This document shows, one piece after another, positions 40,330 to 54,047 of a DNA stretch of 64,000 nucleotides. Both the position numbers and the translations under genes were made by a program. Source of the DNA: Octopus sinensis (lineage: Eukaryota). Location of the stretch: NCBI RefSeq assembly GCF_006345805.1, contig NC_043009.1:26288001-26352000 (forward strand), read 5' to 3'. The notes under the pieces were generated by a model. It made no database searches and was not told the origin of the DNA. It was given only the letters and a program-made list of their open reading frames with translations. Positions within the stretch are counted from its first letter, which is position 1; each line of letters opens with the position of its first letter.

Positions 40330-40867
40330 AGAAGCGGGTTATTCGAGTACATCAACTCCAGTACTTGAATGGTGATTTATTTTATCGATCACAAAACGAT
40401 GAAAAGTAAATGTGATCGTGATAAATTCTGAACTCAGGACGTAAAAAGCCGGAAGGAATGCGTTTTTGCCCATCATACTAACAAGTTCGCCAGCTCGCCG
40501 CCTTTGGGGAAAAAATTAATAAAATAAAATTAAATTAATAAGAAATTAATTTTACCTAAGTTCACGATTGGAACTAATTTTATTGACACTAAGAAGATTG
40601 TAATGTGAAAACAAAAAATGAACGGCTGAAGCAACATTCTATAATAGTTCAATTATATCAAAGTCAGTACTTGATTGGTACTATATTTTATCATGGCCGA
40701 ATGGATGCGATGGAGAACTGACTTCGGGGAGATTTGAACGAAGAGTGTAAACACTATCGCCAGGAATTTTGTCGACCTCGGCGGAATTTGAACTCAGAAC
40801 GTAGCGACAGGCGAAATACTGCTAAGCATTTTATCCAGCATCCTAAAAATTCTGCCAGCTCGCCACC

Positions 40868-40930
<63 letters not shown>

Positions 40931-41090
40931 GCAGTTTCAAATTTTGCCATAAGGGCAGCAATTTTGGTGGGAGGAAATTTAAGTTGATTACATCAACCCC
41001 AGTGTTCAACTGGTTCTTATTTTATCGACCACAAAGGATGAAAGGCAAAGTCGACCTCGTCAGAATTTGAACTCAGAACGCTAAAAACCC
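40330..41090 (-). mobile_element. Three further family A SINE copies (~40330-40503, ~40660-40868, ~40932-41090)
   Basis: Repeated GAACTCAGAAC / GTCGACCTCG / GCCAGCTCGCC motifs on minus. Confidence 0.75.
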
Positions 41091-41543
41091 GCAATCTGAA
41101 TGTCTTCTTTCTTCCTTACTAAATTCGAAATTTCGTGACTATTTTCAGTGAAAAATTATTGTTAAGAATTCACCACAGGTTTCAAAGTAAATCAAATCAA
41201 TAACGCTGCTTTTTTTCTTTTTCTTCGTAACTGCATTCCTTATTGGCACCATGGTCCTCGTTCATTCATTTTGGAGTTCGCTATTAGAAAATAGGAAAAA
41301 AAAAACTTTTTTTGACATATCTATTTTGATCCTGTCTTTCATAACTTAAGTAGCTTCGGTTTTCTATTCTACAGATTCATCGTTTCTTGTGATGCTTATA
41401 ATGGAAATTTTTCTTTCTTCGGTTGCACATGTTTTGCTTTATATTTTTTTACATCTTTCTGTGCGTGTATTGTGAGCACGTGTACTCATATACATGTATA
41501 TATATACACGCACACACATGCACACACACACACACACACAACA

Positions 41544-41598
<55 letters not shown>

Positions 41599-41803
41599 CG
41601 TACGTGCGTGTGTGTGTGTATATTGTGTGTGTCTATATATATACATATATACGTTTGAACGAGAACGTTTGTGTGGAGTATACAAATATCAAACATTTAT
41701 ACATTACATAAGCTCTCACAGACTGATAAATGCCCATGTACCCATATGTACGTAATGAGGTATATGTGCATGTATAATTATATATGGATGCATGCGCACA
41801 CGC

Positions 41804-41838
<35 letters not shown>

Positions 41839-41844
41839 TATATA

Positions 41845-41884
<40 letters not shown>

Positions 41885-41975
41885 AATGCATATGTATGCA
41901 TAATGTGTGCGTGGTTGTCAAATATATATATATATGTATATGTGTATGTATATATCTATATCTATCTATCTCTCC

Positions 41976-42050
<75 letters not shown>

Positions 42051-42374
42051 CCAAGTTTTCTAAGAATGTTCAACAATAGAACGACAACGACGATCATCCG
42101 GTAGGTATTTAAAAGGTCTCCAGAGGATGTTCTTTCATGTCACTACATTGTGAAAATTGGCCTTAAACAACACACAAACACGCAACGAACTCACACACAC
42201 ACATACACACTCACACACAAGCCATTATGGATGTTCAAGTGAAAGAAAGGTACACACACGCTCATATACAATTACATATGCACACTTGCACATTTACACA
42301 TACACATATACATGTAGGTATTACATAAATAATACATAAGAGATACATACATTCATACATACAAACATTTATAC

Positions 42375-42431
<57 letters not shown>

Positions 42432-42499
42432 AATGGGGGGTTTTTACGTTGAATTATAATGAAAACAATTTAATATTTAACGGAAAATTAGGCTGAAAG

Positions 42500-42710
42500 C
42501 TTGTAGAATCGATAGAACGCCAGGCAAAAAATACTTAGCGGCGTTTCGTCCGTCTTTCCGTTCTGAGTTCAAATTCTGTTGAGGTCGATGTTGCCTTTTA
42601 TCGCTTCGGGGTCGATTAAATAAGTATCTGTTACGCACTGAGGTCGATGTAGTCGGCTAACACCCTCCTCCGAAATCGCTGGCCTTGTGCCAAAATGTGA
42701 AACCAATATT
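42500..42710 (+). mobile_element. SINE family A, tail type 3
   Basis: GTTCTGAGTTCAAATT..GGGGTCGATTAAATAAGT..GCTGGCCTTGTGCCAAAATGTGAAACC. Confidence 0.75.
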
Positions 42711-43140
42711 AAACCTAGGTCTTTCTCAGTAGTTTTCATTGTTTACATATTCATTATGAGTTTAGAAGACGAGTAATGACTGATTTCCAAGTTTCGGCTT
42801 GCAATTCTTTGTGAAAGAGCAGGGTATGCCATCAAAGTGACACTGGGTTAAAATACACAAAATCCAGTATACCCTTCATGACTAACCATCTGATAAGGGT
42901 ACACTAAGCACATGCATCACAGCTATATGTGTGCGACATGGTGATCTCATATCACTGTCTTCATATATATATATATATATATCGTGGCTGTGTGGTAAGT
43001 AGCTTACTTCTCAACCACATGATACCGGGTTCTATCCCGCTGCGTAGCACCTTGGACAAGTGTCTTCTAATATAACCTCGTGCCGACCAAAGCCCTGTCA
43101 GTGGATATGGTAGACAGAAACTAAAAAAGACAGAAACCCT

Positions 43141-43200
<60 letters not shown>

Positions 43201-43205
<5 letters not shown>

Positions 43206-44385
43206 GGTACGTAAGTATTTCAGGAAAGATTTATGTTTACAAAAAAAAAATATATATCAGATAACTTTATTTATCAAAATACTATAAGGAAGAAAATAAA
43301 CCTTCTTTTCTATAATGTTATTCTTTTCAATAAAGCCACCTTCAGCTCCAACAACTGCTTCTATATGAGATCTAAGTCAGCTACGTGCTCGAATCAAGTG
43401 GTTCTGGTTCATTTTGGACATTACTCTGACTATGGTAGCTTTCAAAGTATCTGTGGTGTTATGGGCGTGTTCATTGACCCCTCTCTCAACAGTTCTCCAC
43501 ATGTAATAGTCCAATGGATTGATATCTTGGAAATTAAGAGGCCAAATGTTAGGGATTATGTGATCATGAAATTTTTCAGCCATCCATTCCTGTGTTAGTA
43601 GAGCCATGTGTGATAGTACAGAGTCTTACTGAAATACATATGACCTTCAATTGCATACACTCTCTATCCAGGGCTTAACAATTATTTCCAGGACCTCAAC
43701 GTAGGCGTCAGAGTTAACTCTAGGGCCTTATGGAAAGAAGTAAGGAGGTATCACATGTATTTCATTGCTGATAATCCCTAAAACCAGGACAGTTTAAGGA
43801 AAGTTTGTATGCATAACCTTTGGCACTTTAGAAGAGTCCGTACATAACCATCTGTTATTTCTGTAAACATTCTGTAAACTTAGTCGAAGTTTTTCTTGTT
43901 TAAGAAAAACTAAATCAAATCTTCTGCTGGATTTTTCAGTTTATTTAATAGCTTTTAGATGTGGTGTATTGATTTTCTCCTGCTTTTACTGACAAATTGA
44001 GATTTCCACATCTTATAAGATTTATATCTGATGTCTTCGTGGACGACATTTCTGACTGTTCCTTCTGACACATGGAAATCTTTTGCAGTTCACCTCATAG
44101 GATTGTAATCAATGTCTTTTGAACTTGCTGGATAAATTCAGGTGTTCTGATGAGTTCAGAGCGTTTAGAATGGTTCTTATGCTTTGATACTGGTGATACG
44201 TTTCCAGCTCCTTACAAAATTTTTAGAAAAAAGATCTGGCAACTTTTAAAAATCAGCATACCTCTTCATTTCTTGATTAAGCTGAGGGTCTGTTTCATTA
44301 ATTTCTGAAACAAAGATTATAGTGTTAACAGAAAATGCAGCAATGATCTAAAAAAAATGTCCTCAAATACCTTACACGCCCGGTA
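43201..44385 (-). mobile_element. Degenerate DD37D (maT-type) Tc1/mariner transposon with TIRs, in (TA)n
   Basis: Minus: YVFQ*DSVLSH...WPLNFQDINPLDYY (37 residues between the Asps) ... IEAVVGAEGGFIE; TIRs CAGGGTACGTAAGTATTTCAGGA (43203) and TCCTCAAATACCTTACACGCCCGG (44360-44383). Confidence 0.85.
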
Positions 44386-44394
44386 TATATTGTG

Positions 44395-44446
<52 letters not shown>

Positions 44447-45358
44447 AAAATGAGGGTGTCTAAAAGACACAAACATGCCGAAATAGCAGTCGAAACACTG
44501 ACTATGTACCACGTTAAATGTTCATATCGCACAATGAGGTAAAGCGGAGGGAAAAAACAAGCAAAAATTATTTTGAATAATTCAAGATCCAAGGATTCGG
44601 GTTTGCTTTAGATAAGCTTTACCGTCATCAATTGAATATATCAAGGGTACATAAATACATATATATATAGCACAGCAAACGATATACTTACATATACGAG
44701 CGTCGTACATACATACATATGCCCGTGACACAGCCAGTTTGAATCGCCCGCCGAATCACCGCATAAGTACGATATGGTTAAAATAAGCACCGCAGTGAAT
44801 ATAATAACGAATATACTAAATTTATATATGAGGATAATATCGATATTTAAGTGTCAAATTATCAATTATTAAGTGTCGAAATTATCAAATAATAACAGTT
44901 ATTATATTCACTGCGGTGCTTATTTTACCATATCGTACTTATGGGTGATTCGGCGGGCGATTCAAACTGGCTGTTGTCCATACGTGCATATGTATGTATG
45001 TACGACGCTGTATATGTAAGTATATCGTTTGCTGTGCATATATATATCGTATTTGTACCCTTGATATATTCAATTGATGACGGTTAAGCTTATCTAAAGC
45101 AGAACCAGAAATCCTAGGATCTTGAATTATTCATAATTGTTGGCTTGTATGTTTTGTCCCTCCGCTTTACTCATGGTGCGATATGAACATTTAACGTGGT
45201 ACTATAGTCAGTGTTTCGACGCTATTTCGGCATGTTGTGTCTTTTAGACACCCTCATTTTGTTAATGTTAAAATTTTTTTACCTTGTAAGGTATTACTTT
45301 CATGGCTGGCCACTTGATAATTTCGACACTTAAATATCGATATTATCCTCATATATAA

Positions 45359-45362
<4 letters not shown>
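44447..45362. repeat. Inverted duplication with ~360-bp arms and a rearranged spacer
   Basis: 44447-44808 is the reverse complement of 44898-45261; spacer ~44818-44890 is the reverse complement of 45313-45362. Confidence 0.9.
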
Positions 45363-45408
<46 letters not shown>

Positions 45409-45409
45409 T

Positions 45410-45469
<60 letters not shown>

Positions 45470-45873
45470 TATGTATGTATATATATATATATGTGTGCGT
45501 CTTTGTGATTGTGTCACCCCACCATTGGTTGCCTACTGATGTTGGTGTGCTTATAAATTAGCGGTTCGACAAAAGACTCCGATAGAATAAGTAGTAGGCT
45601 TACAAAGAGCAATTCGGGGAATTCATGTCTTTTGCTAAAACCCTTTGAGGTGGTGTACAATCATGGCCGCAGTCAAATTACTGAAGCATGCAAAAGAATG
45701 TGTGTGTGTGTGTGTTTTTTTGCGTGCGTAAACTGTCAACAGTTTAGAGGATGGGAGGAAATATCCTTACAAACGGGAAAAGTTCCCAGCAATCCGCTAT
45801 GTGAGCTAACCCCTGTATCTCTCTTTTGTGACTGAGCTGTCGGTACCTCTCAGGTATATATATATATATATAT

Positions 45874-45908
<35 letters not shown>

Positions 45909-46044
45909 ACAAGATAAATAATTTAACCTTTAAAGGTATTTTTTGATATCTGGCCATTGATGAAATTTTTTTCCCGAATATATTTTATCCCACATTAGTT
46001 ATATATATATATATATATAATATTAATATATATATTGTTTTATT

Positions 46045-46314
46045 TTTCATTCTTTTATCTGTCTCCGTCATTTGACTGTGGCCATGCTGGAGCACCGCCT
46101 TTAGTCGAACAACTCGACTCCAGGACTTATTCTTTGTAAGCCTAGTACATACGACGAGCTTCTTTTAATTTCTGCCTGCTAAATCCACTCACAAAGATTT
46201 GGGTCGGCCCGAGGCTATAGTAGAAGACACTTGCTCAAGGTGCCAATTGGTGGGGCTGAACCGGAGCCATGCAGTTGGTAACCAAGCTACTTACCACACA
46301 GCTACTCCTGCGCC
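46045..46314 (-). mobile_element. SINE family B, internally deleted
   Basis: Tail and head on minus with the middle missing. Confidence 0.8.
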
Positions 46315-46403
46315 TATATATATTTGCATATATCTATTTATAGATAGATCGATAGACACTATACCATTTTCTCTTTTTTCTCTCCCTGTTTCTTTCTGTG
46401 TTC

Positions 46404-46439
46404 CTTTCTGTCGAAGAGCGTAGGCTCGAAACGTGAAAG
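46404..46439 (+). ncRNA. Minimal type-I hammerhead-like motif (Penelope-type), degenerate, within a ~180-bp element (~46360-46537)
   Basis: CTTT-CTGTCGA-A-GAGC(GTAG)GCTC-GAAAC-GT-G-AAAG: stem I, core, stem II and minimal stem III; position 6 is U and position 17 is G, both non-canonical. Confidence 0.5.
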
Positions 46440-46558
46440 AGATTCTCACTTCCCGAGTGTTAAACTAATACATCTGTTTGTTGTTTACACACCCGTCTTC
46501 ATCTTTTGCTTTTTTCTTTTGTAAATTCTCACATTATACATACATACATGCATACACT

Positions 46559-46607
<49 letters not shown>

Positions 46608-47195
46608 GTATGCATGTGTGCATCAACCTGCATGTGTATATATGCATTTATATATCTATAAACATAACATAAACTAAGTTTGTTCTTTTTATCGTATCAA
46701 CCACTTTCACGTATCCACTTCTCTCACAATGATATGTTTTCCCAATAAATAACTGCATATGATATTTTAGTAGATGCATAATGTAGATTTTCAGAAGAAA
46801 TTTGATTGGATGGCAGAGAAAAATGTTAAATTGAATGTAAGATCTAATTGATTGCTGTACCGTAAAAAGCGTTGCTTCGGATTATATATGAAAATATTCA
46901 AGAAAGCGCCATAGTGTTGCAATAGGTTAGTCCAGTTTGCTTTGGGGGTTAAATTGAACTGTCAGTTTGTATCCGTGTGCGTTTTTGTAAATAAACCTAA
47001 CAACAAATGTTGATACGTTCATATGAACGCATTTGTGCAAGTATAGAGAAATGAGGTTAGAATAGGAGAGTTTCAAAGAGCGACGTTGCATTTCGTATTT
47101 TTGTTTTCGGGGTCGATAAAATAAGTACCAGTTTATCACCAGGATCGACGTAATTGGATTATCCTCTTCCTGGAAATTGCTGGCCTTGTGCCGAA

Positions 47196-47261
<66 letters not shown>

Positions 47262-47610
47262 GAGTGAAAGAGCAGGGTATGCCATCAAAGTGACACTGCG
47301 TTAAAATACACAAAACCCAGTATGCCTATCATGACTACCCGTCTGATAAGGGTACACTAGGCACATGCATCACAGCTATATCTGTGCGATATGGTGATCT
47401 CATATCAAGAGAAACACCGCATGACCTTGCAGATGGCGCCCAATTACAATTTTCTTCAAGTTGATTAGCCCATCCCGCTCAAAAGGTCCTTGAATAAGGG
47501 TTGTTTAGAGATGTTGAATGAATCACCCATGTTTCCAGAGGTGTATTATTGTTATTATTATTATTATTATTATTACTATTATCATTATTATTATTATTAT
47601 TATTATTATG

Positions 47611-47765
47611 AAGGCAGCAAGCTGGCAGAATCGTTAGCACACCGGGCATTTTGTCCATCTTTATGTTCTTAGTTCAAATTCCGCCGAGGTCGACTTTGCC
47701 TTTTATCCTTTCGAAGTCGATAAATTGAGTAGCGGTCGAGCACTGACATCAATGTAATCAACTTT
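47611..47765 (+). mobile_element. SINE family A
   Basis: GGCAGCAAGCTGGCAGAATCGTTAGCAC...AGTTCAAATTCCGCCGAGGTCGACTTTGCC. Confidence 0.8.
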
Positions 47766-47807
47766 TAGGCCTTTTACCTTTAGTAGAATGGAGTAATATT
47801 ATTATTA

Positions 47808-47848
<41 letters not shown>

Positions 47849-48591
47849 ATTGGTGAGCATGTGTTTGATCGTGATGTTTGGTAAAAAGTTTCATGTACAG
47901 AAAGCGAGCGGATCAAAAACATGAAATGTCAGCTCTTCTGATACACAAAACAGGAATATATGAAGTTCGTTATTACATGGTTTAACTTTTTCGTCGTTTT
48001 ATCAACTGAATTTGAATTGTTTCCATATCTACCCTTTTGACCAGATAAATATACAAACAGAGAATTTATATTGCGTTTGTATGTCTGAAAAATATATAAT
48101 TTCCTGAAATTGAAAGAGAGATATACATGCAATTTCAGGATTAGCGAATTCTCGAATCTCATTCAGTAGACATGGATGCACTCAAAGATGTATACTATGT
48201 TTATCAGAAAAGTTTTGAATATATTTTCTTTGGGATAAAATACACAGGAGGTTTGATCTCATCTGAAATTGCTTCCATCAAATATCTACATATTAAAGAG
48301 GTTTAAACTATATAAAGATACAGCCTCATTTGTTTTCTTGTTCTATTTACTTTAAATGTGTTTTACATTTGCATTCATATTTTTTTCTTTATTTTTTTGT
48401 GTCCTTATATACGCATCATAGATACAAGATGACATGCTTGCTATAGATATGGTCAATAATTTCTTCATCAATAAGTTTCCCGGTTATGTTATTTTAGCAG
48501 TTGGCGTAAATGAAAGACGAAGATAGTTTCGCGGAGTGTAGTGCAAAATTATTCGCGACAGCTACAGCCATCGAGCACAGTTAAACATATT

Positions 48592-48666
<75 letters not shown>

Positions 48667-49189
48667 TATATATAGGGAACGAAACCACTTTTTATATTCA
48701 CGTTAAGTGTGGTAACCGAGTACATGTGTGCTAACACCCACTTTTTCCGCCTAGGGCTTATATGCCCTGATGCTAGAATATTTACTTTAGCCGTTACACG
48801 ATGATCGCTTATAAGCTTTAAGATTTGTTGTGGAAGGATCCTGACCACCACCGCGTAACCGAAAGTGGACTGACGCATTTCAATAGAATAAAGAAACTGT
48901 GTGAGCTGTCAGTAGTTAACTGCAGTACAGTTGACAGCGTTGACGGTCCGTATTGGTTACAGTTTTTAGATTAATATCGTAGCAACATTTGGCGTAGTAC
49001 GGTACACGTTCTGTGAGAGCATATTAATTCTGCGAAAGCTTATTCTAGATAACCATATGCAAATATTCATTTGGGTAATATTATTCTTACACCCAATCTG
49101 CACAAGTCACGACATAACAAGCTTCTGATTATTATTATTATTTACTAAATTGTCACTCGCCACCTCGTCACCATTTAACGCAGAAGCAT

Positions 49190-49232
<43 letters not shown>

Positions 49233-49393
49233 TTGTATGTATGTATGTATCTATGTATTTATGTATGTATATGTATGTATATATATATATTGTGTGTATA
49301 TATGTATGTATATATTTATGTATATATATGTATATATATATGTGTGTGTGTATATATATATATATTATATATGTATATGTATATATATGTATA

Positions 49394-49429
<36 letters not shown>

Positions 49430-49902
49430 TATATATATATATATATACATATATATCTATAATAAATTAAATCAAATTGAATTATTACAAAAAAAGAAGA
49501 AATGAGAAAGTAGGTAGATACAAACAAATTAAGTAAAATAAATTAAATTAAATGAACGTGAATAAGCAGAGGATACTGATAATGCAGGTACTATATACAT
49601 TCCGACACGCACACTTACTAAACATAGACACGCACAGGGATATACGCATGCGCAAATAAAGACACATACAACAGCAATACAAAATGGTAGATCGTTAGGA
49701 CACAAAAAGAAAGGAGAAAGCAAAGTACCATTGATGAGGTCACAGAAGTGTGACGAAAGAACCCTGGCCGAAATACAATTAATATGAAATAAAGCTGAAG
49801 CAAGTGAACACCGAATACATTGTACATGTGTTTTCATTGACCAGCTCTGCAAAATGACCATCCCCAAATACACCAATATATATATATATATATATATACA
49901 TA

Positions 49903-50762
49903 TACAGGGCGCAATGAATAAACTGTTGTTTGAATTACAGTGACATCTCATTTTAACATCTAAATTTACCGAAATTAAAGATCACTTGAAATACTAAGGA
50001 GTAAATTTATTCACTAAAATCACCTTCGGCTTCAACCACAGCCTCTAGACGACTTCGGAATCTCCTGCAACTCGTCCTTGTTTAAGTTATTGAATACTGC
50101 CATAATCCTTGCCTTCAGGTCTTCTTTGGTGTTGCAAGGATTTTTGTTCTTCTCTCGCTCAACTGCGTCCCACACATAATAATCAATGGGATTGCAATCT
50201 GGTGTGTTAGGTAGTCAGATGTTAGGGGTGGTGTGGTCACAGAAATTGTCTGACAGCCATGACTGGATTCTCCTGCTTGTGTGGCATGGTGCAGAGTCCT
50301 ATTGCCTGACATAGAGTCTTCCAGCAGCCACTCTCTTGAGCCAGGGTAGCACTACCTCCTTCAGGCACTTGATGTAGGCCTCTGTGTTGAGCCTGAGGCC
50401 GTGCGGGAAGATGAATTGAAGTATAACATCGCCATCACTAGTGATCACTCCAAGCACCATGATGTTTACTGGATGTTTGATTTTTATCACTCTGAGTACA
50501 TGTCCTCGAATTGCACCGTCCTCAGATTGACACTCAAACGATCTGAAATGTTCATATTGGAGCTTCCAGCGTGAATGCCAAGCAGTGTAGCATATCGTTC
50601 CCAAATTTCTGACAGACTGAATTGCGTCATGGTGCTGTTTTTCTCACAGATGGTGCCGAAATAGCCCATCTATACTTCGTAATCGATACAATCAAAAACA
50701 AACAATGCGCATGAATGAAATTAAAAATATAAAATGGCGACAATTAAATCATCGCACCCAAT
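49903..50762 (-). mobile_element. Internally deleted DD37D (maT-type) transposon in (TA)n
   Basis: Minus: KHPVNIMVLGVITSDG...YVRQ*DSAPCHTSRRIQSWLSDNF...PNTPDCNPIDYYVW (D-37-D spacing); weak TIRs CAGGGCGCAATGA / TCATCGCACCCAA. Confidence 0.85.
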
Positions 50763-50835
<73 letters not shown>

Positions 50836-50852
50836 TATCTTTTATCTTTTTT

Positions 50853-51248
50853 TCTTTTACTTGTTTCAGTCATTTGACTGCAGCCATGCTGGAGCACCAC
50901 CTTTAGTCGAGCAAGTCGACCCCGAGACTTATTCTTGTAAGCCCAGTACTTATACTATCGGTCTCTTTTTGCCGAACCGCTAAGTGACGGGGACGTAAAC
51001 ACACCAGTATCGGTTGTCAAGCAATGCTAGGGGGACAAACACAGACACACAAATACACACATACATATACATATATATACATATATACGACAGGCTTCTT
51101 TCAGTTTCTGCCTACCAAATCCACTCACAAGGCATTGGTCGGCCCGGGGCTATAGCAGAAGACACTTGCCCAAGGTGCCACGCAGTGGGACTGAACCCGG
51201 AACCATGTTGTTGGTTAGCAAGCTACTTACCACACAGCCACTCCTGCG

Positions 51249-51252
<4 letters not shown>
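50853..51252 (-). mobile_element. SINE family B, full-length, well conserved
   Basis: Complete reverse complement of the family B organisation; a family A copy follows at ~51287-51480 (+). Confidence 0.9.
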
Positions 51253-51289
<37 letters not shown>

Positions 51290-51531
51290 CGAGGTGGCAG
51301 AAACATTAGCTCGCCGGGCGAAGTGCTTAGCGGTATTTCGTCTGTCTTTATGTTCTGATTTCAAATTCAGTCGAGATCGGCTTTTCTTTACGTTCTTTCG
51401 GAGTCGATACATGAATTAGCAGTTGCGTACTGGCGTCGATCTACTTGACTGGTACCCTCCCCTAAATTTTCGGGTAAAGTATATATATATATATACCACA
51501 CACATATATATATATATATAGAGAGAGAGAG

Positions 51532-51609
<78 letters not shown>

Positions 51610-52029
51610 CAATATATATATATATCCATTCATACCTTCATACATGCATACAAACCCACGCACAAGCACGATCACCCACACTCTCTCTCTCTCACACACA
51701 CACATATATAATACAGCCTGACGTCCATAATGTTCTCAGCTTTATGCTAGTTTTACTGATTTATGCTATTACAGCTAATGTTGTGTTCACCGTAAAGCTC
51801 TCTCTCTCTTATTTCTTTCTTTTTAAAAATCGTTTTCGTTTCCTAATTTTCACGCCTTTTCTAGAAATATTATCTGTATTACGCCAGGTGCGTTCCCTTT
51901 TCCTACAATATAAATACAGTAATGCCCTGACATTGCAGATATTTTCTGAATATGAGAAAGCAATTTCTAATAATTTATTTTTATCCTTTAAGGGCTATGT
52001 GTTTTCCCATCTCGTCTGAACAATGGTAA

Positions 52030-52048
52030 TAAAAACAACAGCAACGTC

Positions 52049-52110
<62 letters not shown>

Positions 52111-52246
52111 TAAATGATGGCGGTAATAAATGACAATAATCATACAAATCATACTAATAATAATTGCAATAATAACCATAACAATAATAATGATAATAAT
52201 AATAATAATAGTAGTAATAATAATAATAATAATAACAATAATAATA

Positions 52247-52311
<65 letters not shown>

Positions 52312-52350
52312 AAGAAGAACAACAACAACAACAACAACAACAGCAGCAAC
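52030..52350. repeat. Compound (AAT)n-(AAG)n-(AAC)n-(AGC)n microsatellite
   Basis: Direct reading. Confidence 0.95.
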
Positions 52351-52470
52351 AGCAAAAACTGTATAAGCGAAGAAATATAGATACTTAAGTATATATGTAT
52401 GCATGTATGTACCTAAGCCTATTTATGTATGTATATATATATAGATATAGATATAGATATACATACATAC

Positions 52471-52521
<51 letters not shown>

Positions 52522-52864
52522 GTATGTATGTATGTATGTATGTATGTATGTATGTATGTATGTATATATGATTAAATCTGCAAATTTGAACTAAATAGAA
52601 TTTTGAATATTGGTGGTGAAAAAAATAGAGAGCATCAACTTTTACTTAGGCACGTTTGAAAGCAATTTTAATTTTAGATTAGCAAATCAACAGGATAGCT
52701 TCGCTTATAATTGCGTTCAGTTTTAGCTATTAATAGATATATAGAAAAAGAATATGGCCCCCAATTACGATTTTGATTGATATTTTTGAAACTGTTGAGT
52801 GTAAAATAACGTACACTTAATACTCAAAATATATTGTAGAGAGCGTCCAAGAAATACTTTCTCT

Positions 52865-53480
52865 TTGGTTGTTTCATTTTTGGCGTTGCGAGAAGGCCAG
52901 TATAAATGGTGGCATGACAAACTCCTTGCAGAAATTGCCAAGAGGAGTTAAGGCTAACAAGCACCAGCCAACACTACCCAAAGGTATTTATTAGTGACAA
53001 GTTTACTACGACGAAAGCTACGGCTGTGTAGCCGTTTGGTATTTTTTTCCAGCCTTAGATTGGGAGATGCAAATAGATCGGATGGACAGACTCGTCTTCT
53101 GAGAGGTAACAGCGGTAACATAACTCCGACCAGGCATGTTCCTGCTCTCCAGAAGTACAGAAACAATCAAAATGGGCGAACTTAGAGTACCCTGAGATGA
53201 GAGACTTGATAATTCCCACCAACAAATGAAAACCAAATATCAGTACTTGGTTGATGTGGACCTTGTCAAGAGATTGCATGCGGCTTTATTGCCTGTCTGT
53301 TGAAGTTGGCAGCTACAGCTTTCCAGCTGCGTCGGTGCGCTGTCTCTTGCAGATGATCGGTCTGGAACACAGTCAACTAAAGAAGACCAAGAAAAACGAA
53401 AGGAGGCTGTGGTTGACAAAAGACTGCAGGTGGAACCCTTCTGCACGCGAACAAGTTCAGTCCTCTTTGTAAGACTAAGG
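52865..53480 (+). mobile_element. HERO/NeSL-like non-LTR retrotransposon 3' relic (restriction-like endonuclease region)
   Basis: ALREGQYKWWHDKLLAEIAK (cf. AL.qGRY.WRHD), WEMQID, LRPGMFLLS...ELRVP*, KTKYQYL, VEVGSYSF, RRLWL...W; multiple stops and frameshifts. Confidence 0.7.
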
Positions 53481-53928
53481 AACAAAACGCTTGTGATCCT
53501 GAGATACTTGATGAGGGTATAGCATGTTTCCAACATTATGATGGATTTTGAAGAAAAGCTTGTATCATCTCTGAGTAGATCTTGTTGTTTCTGCCTGGGG
53601 CAAAGTATTTTGGATGCTTCATCAATTGCGTCAATATCACACAATTGCATCCAGATTTCATTTATCACTAAATTGTCATGTACGGTGAAATATATAGTTT
53701 AGTGAGATTAAATAAAACCGAAATGTAACGGAAATTACCTCCCTTCCTAGTAGATACCTAGAAATAATATTAACCAATGTCTAATGGTTTTCTTCGGTGT
53801 GTACTTAGTAGCTGTTATATTTTAGTGTATCTGCTGTTTCTTTTCTTACTCCTGGCAACTTGTTATTTTCTTGTAATCATGTCAGCTTTGCACCTGTCAT
53901 TACCCCTCAGTCTATCAGATAATGGCAT

Positions 53929-53984
<56 letters not shown>

Positions 53985-54015
53985 GCTGCCTACATATATA
54001 TATAAAGAAGCCCGT

Positions 54016-54047
<32 letters not shown>

